Source: Styela clava (taxonomy: Eukaryota). Taken from it: 64,000 bases of DNA. The stretch is taken from positions 13,268,001 to 13,332,000 of the forward strand of contig NC_135263.1 of the NCBI RefSeq assembly GCF_964204865.1, written 5' to 3'. Shown here in pieces: positions 10,539-22,767 of this stretch. A model generated the notes under the pieces. The model ran no database searches. It was given only the letters and a program-made list of their open reading frames with translations, and had not been told where the DNA came from. Made by a program: the position numbers and the translations under genes. Each line of letters begins with the position of its first letter. Within the stretch, counting starts at the first letter, position 1.

Positions 10539-13500
10539 TCACTGCAATTCTTCAAACGGAAGACTGGCCGGCATTTTTAACAATGATACGCACTCCATTC
10601 TAAAAAAAAAATATTGTACAAATTGAGAAATTTATAGAAGCAAGATATATAATTGTGTGAGTGTGTGAATTGTTACGAATATACACGCTTAACTTGTACA
10701 AAGCTGTAACAATTGGCAGTATCTTGGAACACAAAAAAGTGTCAAACTATTTCACTCACTCAAGTTTGGCGGGCAATATAAAATCGTTGCGCGGACCGTA
10801 ACTGACTCGCAGTTTGGGAACCAGTTGTAGCGCAACAAATATGCTTTGGCAACAGGCCACCAGAGTCATGGTCCCCTATATCAATAAGGTCTTGTATATG
10901 ATTAAAAATTGTAACAGGAAGAACTTTCAGGGATGGATAAAGAATTTTTAGGACACCACCCGATCATACATTTCAAGTAGAATTACTCACTTTGCTTCCT
11001 TGTATTTGTCTCTTGCAGCCTGTTGTGGGTTGCCAGGTGCAGCATTGAATAAATTATATAACTTAGATATGCATGGTGCAAGTTCGTCTAAGTTGTACTG
11101 CATGTAGTGTTGCATTGTTTCATCCTGGAAGGCAAAATGTAGGTTATAAACTTTATTTGCAGTGCAGTCCACAAAGAAATACGAGCATCTACTTACCCAT
11201 ATTTTACCAGAAACTGCATAGCTCGCCAGACACACCGCTGAAGCAGCTACAAAAGATGGCAGAAAAGCAACCATTTCACAGTCATTGAGTGCAAGTTCAC
11301 ATAGGTACTGAAAGGAAATAGAATTGATAATGATTGAAGAAACTAAGAAACCATCAGATTCATTCATTTTAAAAGTGCGGGGAATCAATGACTAGAATAA
11401 ATCGACAGCAGCTGTGGAGTAAACATGGCAGTTGCTATACGAATTTTTATAACATAGTTGATACCGCATTATCATATGTATACTTGTTTCATTTATATTA
11501 TTACAAATATGAACAATATTGAGAAAATGTTCAGTTTTCCTTTTCTACAGCCATTCATTACTCAAGGCTTATCAATATCAAAAGTCTAATATTAATAATG
11601 TAATATTTGTGAATAGGTTAGAAAGTTGATAACATATGAGAGTAAGAATTAGTTGTTTGTACTGATTACAAATTACACATGTTTGATTTAATGATAGAGT
11701 CTTACCGAAGCAAGCATTTCCGTTTTTCTGTCAGCACAGGCAGCTTTTAAAAACCTAGGTAAAAATTGATTTGAGGTTGGGACGGCAACATCGAAGCTGA
11801 GCACTTTAAGAATGAGATGCTCCATTCTCAGAACTTGTTTCTTTGTGTAAGTATCATCAGTAATGTAGACAAATTCACCGACATCTGGTGGGTAAATCTC
11901 TTCAAATTTTCTGAAATATGTAATAAATAATAATTTAACCTAATATATATAAAGAAACAATTATAGAGGATTAATGATCACATTTTTATTGAAATTAAAA
12001 AGTATTTATTTAATGACCGACTCAATAACTCTTCAAAACCACTCTTAGCACAGTTCCACAACAAATATCCTTATAGGTTCCATTACATTTGAACCCACGT
12101 ACATTTGAACCCATGACAATTGCACCTGTATGCTATTGCACCTATGGAATTTTTTTTGTTTTTCGGATAGTTGAACCCATACTAACCCTAACCCATGGGT
12201 TTTAGCACCCGCATATAGATTGAACCCGTGGATATACGCATGGGTTCAAATGTACGTGGGTTCAAATGTACGGTCACCATCCTTATATACTCACGCGGCG
12301 AGAAACATTGCTGCGGTCCCGACAAGCTGAAGCTTCGCTCTCATAACAGCCATATGGGAAAGAAATCTGTCGATGTAATTGACTGCAAGATGTGTAGTTT
12401 CTGTGTGTAATTTATATTCTTCTGAAACCTCAATGAGCCAATCTACTAATATGGATCTCATGCTTGCTGTGATGTCTTGCTGTTTTCTCATATAATTTGC
12501 TTTCGGGCGATTTCTTGTCTGTATAAATTTTTTTTTAATTTGAAATCTTATTAAATTAATTAATATTAAATAAATTCGAAATAACCCGATCAATTCGTGG
12601 CACATCGAAGCAAACTAATTTAATGTGAAGCAAGATCATGAATAATTTTAGTACAGATTCTACTTTTAATGAAGCTATTAGTTTATTGATAATTTTGAAT
12701 AAAAAAATTAAGTGAAAAGTTTAAGAGTGAAAACAATTCCAATACCATGCTTTGTGTTCCTTAGTTCACAAGTAAAAATGTCCTGTATAATTGTCAAGTC
12801 TGGATTTGCCATAGGTTGTAGGCAACTTACCTCAGCTTGTCTTAGGTGTTCAAAAATTTCAGTTGCATATTCGGAGACTCCATAAACACTGGATTCTGCA
12901 TCAATATCGGATATACTAGATCTGTCTGAAGAATTTAGTGTTGTATCCAAGACCATAGGAGATTCTATAAAAATGAATTGTTGAGGTAATTGTTACAAGT
13001 ACAGTTCACAAGCCATTTCTAAGATACCTAACGAAAATACTCTCATTATGACATTTATGATACATAACAAACATATCAGAAATATTGGAGTTCCCTAATT
13101 GAAGCCCAATTGAAGTTTTTTTACAATTCCTTACCATGTTGTTCTGGAACTGGTAAACTTGTTAAAGGTGCCCTTGATATTGAAGGTAAAGCTGTTAACG
13201 CAGCAGGCAAACTGGATTTATCTAATGTTGACTGTCTGGTGACTGGCTTCGTGCTTTCAGCAACACTAACTGCACAAGCAGTTTCATCAAATATCTGTAT
13301 GAAATCAGGCGATGATTACAGTCCGTTCGGTTGCTAGACCATGTAGTTATGAAGCATAACAAGAGGGAACTTAATTTTTTTTTTTCAGGAAGAAAACTTA
13401 ATAAAATACTAGCAGTAGAAAAAATGTAATGTAAAATTATATTATAAATTTCATTCCATGTTACAAAAAAATTTTAAGTTCACAATTCAAAGAAATGAAC

Positions 13501-13892
13501 AAAGATCAAATGAGGTAGAAATTTCATACACAAGACTTGAAGAAAATCTTACCTTGAAACCGTCGTTTGATGCAGATGCAGGCTTGTTTCCTCCAAGCGA
13601 TGTGAAGAAACCCTCTGTCGTGGCATTCTAAAAAAGAGAAAATTATAATTACCGTACATTTGTGAATTTGCATGGTTCATCAACTGGTCAATAGTAAAGT
13701 GCAGAAATTTTTACTACGAAAAACCTTTGAATGTCAAACCTGTTTTGCTGCTCTGAATGGTTGCACCCTGCCACCAATTGTATTCTGATTTAGTTCTCCT
13801 AAAACAGCCCTTTGCCTTGTATTTTCATCTCTTTTCCCAAGCATTTGGTGCTGCTGGTTAGGATTTTCTGTGTTAGCTTGTGAAGCAAACAT
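10539..13892 (-). CDS. CCNA: Cyclin A (418 aa)
   Basis: Nine phase-consistent exons: 13740-13892, 13553-13627, 13135-13294, 12831-12964, 12295-12518, 11706-11910, 11197-11307, 10991-11124, 10539-10599. D-box [10 protein letters not shown]; cyclin box [57 protein letters not shown]. Confidence 0.96.
12076..12278. mobile_element. MITE with GG...CC termini and 9-bp TSD (Merlin- or Mutator-like), family A copy 1
   Basis: Subterminal inverted arrays ACATTTGAACCC / GGGTTCAAATGT; exact TSD ATCCTTATA at 12067-12075 and 12279-12287; second copy at 37401-37607. Confidence 0.85.
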
Positions 13893-14859
13893 GTTGAAAG
13901 GTCGAATGAGACTGTTGTCTATATCCGCCTGGAGAATATTTTTTTTTTTTTGATTAGTAAATACCTAGGAGCAAAACCAACTAAACTTATATAAAGTAAA
14001 TGACGTTAGCCCTAAAATGATTTGACCAAATAACAATGTAAGAAGGGGCAAACGACAGAGAATTACATCCACTTACTTAGAGAAAAATTGGGCGATCTGG
14101 TTCAATTAATTGAATGCAGAGATGGCTGTACCAACCATTTTACCAGATGTCCGAGAATGATTCAATATACAAATTTGTCTAATTGGCAAATTTTATATAC
14201 CCTTAAAGACTAGAACTGACACTACCGTAATCATAAATCAAGAATTAAGTTCAGAAACTCAGCTTATCCAGCTACCAATCACATTTGCACACGCTTAATG
14301 TTATTTACATTGCCTTTCTGCAGTGTGAAGTTCCCAGTCATCACAAAATTAGGCTAGCAGAATGGCAGATGAAGTATGGTAACAATTAGGACTGTAGGTA
14401 CGGTAGTCTATTGAAGTAGACTGCTGGGCCTTGCTTAATTCTGCAATTCATCACTGCATTAAGACTCAAGAAATTTTAGTTTCACTGCTATAACTGTATA
14501 GCAACATTTACTGAATAATCTGATAACTGGATAATGGAGAATTCCAAGGTTTATCATCCATCAGCTCACCTTTCAGATATCCTTGTCAATATTCTTCTTT
14601 TGTGTAGGCTGTAAATGCTGACTTATGATTGAATTAAATTTCCAAATGCCAAGGTTAAAATATCATCTCTATTCAAATAGAGTAATAAAATTCTTTCTAC
14701 TCAAAAAGTCTTGTTTTGTAGAAGGCTGTGTCGGACGTTCTTGAAGCAATTAAAATGATAAAAGCTGAAAATAGTTAACGCAAATGACAACGTGTCAACG
14801 ATTCAGAAATCCAAGCAGTACGATTCCAAAACCTTCTTTCCGTCGGCGCTTTGGCAATC

Positions 14860-15375
14860 AATTTAAATAATCTTGATTGGGGATTGCGCGTTTTTCGGAT
14901 TAAACAATTATTACGTCACGGCCTGCAGTTCCAACCCCACGATATCAAAATGCCTTCAGATATCCATGCAGTTTCCACTTCCCAGTCCACCTCTGCTTGA
15001 AATATCGGCTGAATGACTAGTTCTATCTACCAACGCCGCCTCCAATCTGTAAATGTACAAAAAATCAAAATTGACGCTAAAAGTCATGTCAAAACAAACA
15101 TTAAATGCAATCTCCACAACAATTACGCTTTCCTTTTGTGTATATTATACCCCGCAACAAAACGCACGATGCCTGGTTACGGACGCCAAGCCCATTTTGT
15201 TTCCCTAGTGAAACGACAAATAGCATCCTACGTAACAGCTTTAGTTTACAGTGTATACTTTTGTCCGAGCCATAAGCTGGCTTGGTGTCGCTTCGCAAGT
15301 GTTTCCCGTTTGAATTTTGTATTTTAAATGACCCGCGATGCTCACAGCCAATCATCGCTCGCGTTTACCACGTGA
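14860..15375 (-). promoter_or_regulatory. Cyclin A promoter region with CHR, CCAAT, CRE and E-box motifs
   Basis: TTTAAA 14862-14867, ATTGG 14876-14880, TTACGTCA 14911-14918; second cluster TTTCCCG-TTTGAA 15302-15314, CCAAT 15348-15352, CACGTG 15369-15374; upstream of donor-like sites at 14564-14569 and 14071-14076. Confidence 0.5.
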
Positions 15376-15779
15376 CGGCTTTGTGTTGAAAAGCTTGAGT
15401 AACGCGCACTTCGTCTCGTAGTAAAATTCTCTCTCGCGTTCCTTTTGTTTGGACTATGACCCGTTACAGTACTGTAAATCGATTAGATTTATTATGTTCG
15501 CCGACTCGACGCGTCCTTTCGATTTGTCCTGTCATCTGGAAAGGAGAAAGATCAATGAAACAATATCACCGTGGGCCATTCATAACTATTGCGATAGAAG
15601 GTTGACTATATCACAGTTGGTTTACATCTGTATAGAATATTTACGAACCTTTCAAGTGCCCGCTTTGCCGTCGCTGGAAACAGCCAACGGATCACGCATA
15701 TTATACCACACCCAGTGTTATAGAGTTTCAACTCTGCGTTGGCGATTATCTATCACACCCAGTGTAATAGATTTTTAAC

Positions 15780-15946
15780 CAGTGGTCGGATTCAGGTTCT
15801 ATAGAACCGTCTCACGGAATTTTGTGAGATCAGCGAACCGGTTAACATTACTGGTTACTGTCAATGTTCTGTTTGTAGTAGAACCAGCTGAAAAAAATGT
15901 CCTTTGTGAAAGAACCCGCTGACAAAAAATTTAAATCGCACCACTG
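15780..15946. mobile_element. Short hAT-like MITE
   Basis: Termini CAGTGGTCGGATT...AATCGCACCACTG with internal GAACC repeats. Confidence 0.45.
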
Positions 15947-17490
15947 GTTGTAACCCCACATTTTCGACTCGGACACATCGATATCCGATGGTTTTGAATG
16001 AACGGAGCCCCCCACCCACTTGACAATAAATTATTTGTCGAATTTGTGTTTGTCGGGTGCTAGGAAATGCGAGATTCACGTCGGTGTTGCGATTTCACCT
16101 AAAATATGAAACAGAAAAGGGTAAAATTATGATTATATCTTATCCAAAACCGCAACGGTCCATGATCCAACCGATATTTAAATCAAATGATGTTAAATCA
16201 TTCAAAATCACCAACTTCACGCATTGTGAATATAGCTCTATGAAAACATAATGAAACTGAGGGAAATGAAAAATTTGCAGGTGTGCATTTTTCAATAATT
16301 AATACCTGACAATCATAAGTACTCCTCACCTTATCACGAGTATTTATGTCGGATATCCACATATTACGTTACGGGATAGGGGATTTAAATCGGTGGAATC
16401 TTTTTGCAACCACGCGACCACGAATGTATGAATAAAACAAAGGCTTTGTTATTGTTAACGAATATACTCGTTTCTAATTCGAATTTCGTATCCTCGGGCT
16501 TTGTTTCATTCCATAACAACAGTGTGGGGTCGTTAATTTCGACAATACAATGGAATCATGCCGACGGTTCTGTGGCGGGAAATTCAATTTATCTCAGTCG
16601 TAATGCGCAAAAGCATCCTTAAATGTGCCCGGAAATACCTTCCAGTTAATTAATCACGATAAATGCGATTAATACGAGTCGTTGCATATTCTTAAATAAC
16701 GAAGGTCTCGGTTTATATTTCAATAAGTTTGGTACAATATTGTATAATATTCATTTTTTTCGATACGAAATATGATTTCAAAATTCATTACTACCGGTAG
16801 CTGTGTATTTCGCTGACTTCGAAAGAATTCAGATAAACATGGCAGATTTTGATTTTTAAATAAACAAAAATGTTATTGTTTGACAAGGAATATGTCTGTA
16901 GTATATCCTTTCATTACAATATTTAGAATTTAATCCTCTTTACATTGGTCCAGTTCAATGCTTTCATGGATGCAGGATGTGGTTTGTGTGAAACCGCATT
17001 ACAGAAACAATAATTATAAATTTCTCATCCTTAGGAAACAGCAAACTTGGAGTCAAGTCGTTTTTAAGTTTTTTTCCTATCGGTGTGAAAGTTGTTTTTT
17101 TCTACTAAAATGGTTGGCATTGCTCATGGAGAACAAGGAGTTCCAATTACTGAAGAACTTGAAACCATCGCAAATGTTACCATTAAATTATCTTTATCAA
17201 ATATTGGAAACATTCCCCCCAGCTCTCGGCATATTTTTGTCCGCATTCTAGGATAGAGATGTTAGATGGCTCATAGGGAATAAAATAACCTTCAAAAAAT
17301 TCAAAGACCAAATCGTAAGGATGGAATATCTAGAGGGGGGTGTCATATAGGCTGCCCCGGGCAGCACGTTTTAGGGGGTGGGGTTCGTTGCTCTGTTTGA
17401 TGATTTAAATTTTAAATGAAAATAATACAAACATTTCATTCTTATCCTAAGTGATTCAAGAGTCTTGCTGCACACTAACACAAATATATT

Positions 17491-17534
17491 TCTGTAACGT
17501 TTCGTCTGACCAAGGTCAGACTTCTTCAGACATA
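17491..17534 (-). ncRNA. Minimal type I hammerhead ribozyme (inverted copy)
   Basis: Exact reverse complement of the 17597-17640 motif, in the left arm of the inverted repeat. Confidence 0.8.
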
Positions 17535-17596
17535 CATATTTAAACATGTTGAAAAAATATGCATGTGACTGCTTTTCGTGTTGTAGTTGAATTATG

Positions 17597-17640
17597 TATG
17601 TCTGAAGAAGTCTGACCTTGGTCAGACGAAACGTTACAGA
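17597..17640 (+). ncRNA. Minimal type I hammerhead ribozyme
   Basis: UGU-CUGAAGA(17602-17608)-A-stem II GUCUGACC/UU/GGUCAGAC-GAAA-C-GUU|ACA: intact core, palindromic ACGU stem III, stem I UGU/ACA, predicted cleavage after 17635. Confidence 0.8.
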
Positions 17641-18899
17641 AATATATTTGTGTTAGTATGCAGCAAGACTCTTGAATCACTTAGGATTGTTATCTCTACT
17701 CTTGCTACAGCATCCTTGCAATATATGCATACGGATCCACCGGCACAAAAGCATAGAATAAGGATAAGTAGTTAGTCTCGCAGAAACCAAATAATCAGCG
17801 CAAGATTTCATTCTTACTTGACCTTCAATTCTTTTCCTCATGTATAAGGACATCTATAATTTGTTTAGCCCCAAATTATATTCGAAGTTAGGTATAAGAA
17901 GCGTCCTTATAAAAAAATCGCTCCGGGCACTCGGGCAGCAGAAAAATATGACACGCCCTGTACATATCCCTCCATCAGGCCCTCCTTGCTACGTCTATGC
18001 TTCGTATACGGCTCAAATATATAGTGTAAATTCATTCAGTCGATTTTATGCACTCGATGAGATGTTCGACAAAGTCATTTGTATTTGATTCCTTTGTTAA
18101 TCATATGTAGTGTGTATTGCGCGATCTTGGTTGTTTAACTATCAATTAGATGGTTCAACTACCGAAGTCCGCCCATGAATAAAAACAGTGCTTCAAAAAT
18201 CAAGTTGCTGAAACTTGCTAATGTTTATTTAGATACTTGAACCTTGGGTGTCGCTGCTTGATAACCAGCTTTGGCTCCCCGCGGCGTCCCTCCCCAGTCA
18301 AATGTGTTTTCAATATTATTCGTCTGAATATTGCATGTTAACTTTTTTTTTACTGGATAGAAAGAATAAACTTGACTATGACTTTTTTTTTTAATTTTTC
18401 AGTTGCCTTAAAAGTTTTCAGCAGTTAAAACAGCTTCAAATATACGATTACATGTTTCGGTGTGATTCGAACACTTTTATTAGATCCGTTAAAATCGGAC
18501 AGAAATATTATTGTGGCTTGCTCTCTGTGAAACAGGCGTTTGGGCTCAACCATTTCACTGCTAGGAACCCTTGTGGATCCGGGATCCGTGTTGTGAATCA
18601 GGGAATTTAGCGTGTTTAAACTGGAGTATGAGTTGTATTTTCAATCTCCCCGTAGTCAGAATTCCGAATTCCCTTCAATTAGCGGCCGGAGCCGGAATTT
18701 CAGACTTTGAGATTACTAAGCATTGTCAACAATCCGTTATATGTATTTCCTAACAAAGTGTCGGTGTCAAAATTTTTCACCTCGGATTGGGGAGTCGATT
18801 GCAAATTTTTTCCAAATCCCCTAATTGCGGACTCCTTTTAATAAAACCAATGACTAAAGTAATGTATAGTCTACGAGTGATATCTAGTGAATACAATGC

Positions 18900-19200
18900 C
18901 TCTCATCAAACCTGATTACAGAAGCCGCATAAAACTTGTAGGATGCTATACGATGGGCTTTGCCGGAAGCCACCCGCATGGATGAACTGCCCAAAAACAA
19001 ACAGGTTCAAGCGACCCGTTGAACTGGATCAAATGGCAACTCGAAAATTTTCCGATAAGAGTAAGCTTGCTCATTGAAATGAGCATGATTCATCATGTCA
19101 ACTCTGTAGATTGTATACGGAGGTTTAGTTGGTTGCCTCGCGGGTCTAGAAACCACGACATCCTGAAAGTCTCACATCGCCACGCTAATAACCGAATTGC
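18900..19200 (+). mobile_element. Degenerate RTE-like non-LTR retrotransposon 3' fragment
   Basis: Frameshifted traces (MLYDGL...PK..RFK.DP, then a C..C..R..GL.NH-like segment) recall the RTE ORF C-terminus. Confidence 0.3.
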
Positions 19201-19683
19201 GTAAGTCATTTTTAGCAGTTTTGAGAAAAACGTAAAAAACTTCCTAATAATATTGTTATGTCATTGAGAGTCAATAATTTGCCATGGTTCAATTTTTTGA
19301 TCGTATCCGGATTTAAGTTAATTTGTATGACGCAGTTAAGTGACTTCATAATGGCGCACTGTGGCTTAGGCAGAAATGTGTCTATGACTTGGGGACATAC
19401 GCAATTTTGCAACTTTACTATATGCACCAGTCCTTAAAACTAAACATTCCAAAAACGAATGTAATTCTCAGTATCTACAATGTTCAATCCCCAAAATAGG
19501 TAATCAGTTTCAATTACATTATTTTTTATGTTTAAAATATATATTTCATCAATATAACATGCAACCCACCGAAATAAAGACTAAGATCAAATATAAAGAA
19601 TAAAACAGCAATGCACCCAATATAAAAGCCAACCAAGGTGAATTGGACTCGGACAGTGAATATCACAAATGCACGTCTTCTTA

Positions 19684-21812
19684 TTGGACACGTTTAGTAG
19701 ACATAACGATCGTTTTGTTGTTATGTTGTTGGACACGTTTAGTGGCCATAACGATCGTTTCAATATTATGTTGTTGTTGTTGTTCTTTGACACGTTTTTT
19801 AAAAATCGCTTTTCTCTTCGAATACTGGACCAATTGCTTTGAAATTTTCAGTGGTTAAAGATTAATTTCTTCGCTAGAAGGCTATTACTTTTATTTATTT
19901 CAAAATTTTGCGTGAATTCTATGAAATTTGATATTTCGTCTAAAATTTTGCTGTATTATTTTTTATCCATGGGAACACGGATTTTAGTCAGTGTCATGAC
20001 TGGCTGTATGTTTTGATTCTGCAAAATTCTTGCTACTGAAAAATCAGAACTTTTTTGAGGGTACCGGTAGCGTCAAAGGTACCGGTAAAGACTGATTCGC
20101 TCTGGTCTAACGTGTCCATATATTTGTGCGTAGCTCTCTTGTACTTGTTGTTCTTTGACACTTTTTGGACACCTAGTGGAAATATTAAAAAACCGCTTTT
20201 CTCTCTGATCACTGGATCAATTGTTTTGAAATTTTTAGTGGTGAAAGATGAAATTTTTCTCCAGAAGGCTATTACTTTTATTTATTTCAAATAGTTCTGT
20301 TATCTGTGTGAGATTTGTTTTTGTTTGCTATGACGTCACCGAACGTTCTGCGCACATCGGACGCCATTTGGTGTCCTACTGTACTGCTTCGCTTGGTGTG
20401 AATATATTTGTAGACTGTGATCTGACGGTACGGTAAACCGTACTGCGAACAGACGTGTCCATATATTTGGACGTAGATCTCTTGTACTGTAGTATAAATT
20501 CAAACAAGAGAGCTATGCTCAAATATATAGACACGTATAGTCACATAATTTTGATGACGTCATAGCGAAAAAAAAAGAAATAGCCTTCTGAAGAAAATTT
20601 TCATCTTTAACCACTGAAAATTTCAAAGCAATTGGTCCCGTATTCGAAGAGAAAAGCGATTTCTTCAAAACGTGTTGACGTAGACAAATAATAACAATAC
20701 CAACAACATTTTGAAACGATCGTTATGTTCACTACGTGTCTAATTAATACGCACTAAGCTAGAATCCGAGATGCAAAAACTCGAAAATATATCGCCGAGG
20801 TTATTTTGCCTTTGTGACGCCACAATAGTCCTGCGTTAACAATGATAATTCTTTATGACGAAACAATTGCACAAACGTGCATGTCATACTAAATTGCTAA
20901 AAATGACATACGCAATTCGGATATTAGCGTGAAGACATGTTAATCAGAAGGAACTAAATTTTGACCTCGATACTTCACTGTTATTGACGATGGTTGTGTA
21001 CAATGCTTGCGCAAATGGTACGGGGTGTGCATCCACTCATGCATTATAGCGGATCTCCTTATTACAAACGTTATAACGTCGCTCATCCTATAGTTTCTGC
21101 TTTTAAGCTTGTTATTAGCTCTGAGCACAATTTTGTTGCATTTAGCGAAAGTTTTCGTGTTTTTATATTTCGGCAGGCGATTGAACGTAATAAACGCTAT
21201 TTTAAAAAGATATTGATAACCCCTTTTTAATTCATGTTATAACAATTGTTCTGAAAGTATATCAATCAGGAGCGGATAATTACTCGTGGTAGATTTTTTA
21301 TTTTATTTTGCGATCAACCCTGAAACACACAAATATTCTGCACCAACAAAAACTTTCCGATCATCGGAAAGTTATTTTCGGAAGATCACATAAAAAACAA
21401 GAGAGCTACGCACAAATATATGGACACGTTAGACCAGAGCGAATAAGTCTTTACCGGTACCTTTGACGCTACCGGTACGGTACCCTCAAAAAAGTTCTGA
21501 ATTTCCAGTAGCAAGAATTTTGCAGAATCAAAACGTACAGCCAGTCATGACACTGACTAAAATGTGTGTTCCCATGGATAAAAAATAACACAGCAGAATT
21601 TTAGACGAAATATCAAATTTCATAGAATTCACGCAGAATTTTGAAATAAATAAAAGTAATAGCCTTCTAGCGAAGAAATTAATCTTTAACCCCTGAAAAT
21701 TTCAAAGCAATTGGTCCAGTATTCGAAGAGAAAAGCGATTTTTCAAAAACGTGTCAAAGAACAAGAACAACATAATATTGAAACGATCGTTATGGCCACT
21801 AAACGTGTCCAA
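19684..21812. mobile_element. Cluster of at least four DINE-1/Helentron-like non-autonomous elements
   Basis: Copies 19729-20142 (-), ~20145-20485 (-), 20504-20743 (+), 21397-21812 (+). Each starts ACAAGAGA...ATATRGACACGT; the complete copies end AACGATCGTT...ACGTGTCYAA (subterminal inverted repeat plus 3' palindrome). Confidence 0.7.
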
Positions 21813-22767
21813 TAAATAGATGCTTCATCAGCACATTGATAGACCACTAATGGGGTTTTATGGTTAGTGACAAATAAAGTGAAATGTCCAACAAGAACTC
21901 AATTTTGAGTGCTACAAACGCGTGGTATTGATTCGAATCCAAATCCGTTTTAGAATCTCCTCGGCTCATCCTCATTGAATTGAGAAGCATTCGCTATACC
22001 GAAGCTGTTACCAGATTTCATGTAGACATGCGGGAGTAAAAAATATTTTTTCTAGAATAATAAAAAGTGAAGTAAGTTAGTAAGTCTTCCACACTTCTGA
22101 GTCAATACATATGATATTGTTTGAATCAAGTAATAGTATAGATAGGCTATATAAGATAAAACTCTCTTCGCAGTGCAGCATTTTCTGGACGACTTCAGTC
22201 ATTTTTTGGAATCGCGTTTCCAAATTACATTTTTCATAAATAAAAAATATAGTTGAAATTTGCAGAGCTATGGTTTCCGAAGTTTAACTTTATAGCACAT
22301 GATTCGGACCTCCTGAAGTATTCTGAAAACAAAACTTCTGCCAGCAATGAGCTCTGGGACAGATATTCAAATGAGGTCATGGCGATAATCTGGGTTCTGA
22401 GCTGTAGTCGGAGTATATTTTTTACGACCCGGACTCACAATTATACACGGTGACACATCGCAAATGTTTTCTTAATCCGGAGTGGGAGTCAATTTCCAAT
22501 ATTTCCGGACTTCAATTTCCCGACTGGGAAAGAACCTGTGCATACGCTTGAGTTCGGTAGGATTTATCCGTGTACCCACTCTCGTTTTTGTTGGACCATA
22601 CTCGGGCTGTTGGTGTAACTGGGCAGAGGTTGGTACCGCATTTGTGTGGGATGTATCAGCTAGGCCTATGGCCTATCTCTATATATTACTGACGTGATAT
22701 GCAGCTACACGTTAAGTCCATCATTCATTCATATTTGCAGTATTCAGATATTCCATATTGGGCGCAT

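Larger units (their letters stand above)
17445..17804. mobile_element. Short non-autonomous Penelope-like/retrozyme-like element with inverted 5' duplication
   Basis: 12-bp direct repeat ATTTCATTCTTA at 17433-17444 and 17805-17816; 95-bp inverted repeat 17444-17538 / 17593-17687 with one mismatch; related copies at 61680-61905 and 62570-62735. Confidence 0.75.
17333..17960. mobile_element. MITE (GGGxGTGTCATAT...ATATGACACGCCCTG) interrupted by the hammerhead element
   Basis: Imperfect TIRs at ~17333-17348 and 17946-17960 with subterminal CGGGCAGCA motifs at both ends. Confidence 0.5.

Noticed and set aside
16958-17330. Coding-looking stretch upstream of cyclin A
   Set aside because: No recognisable family, stops in all frames and no consistent splice chain.
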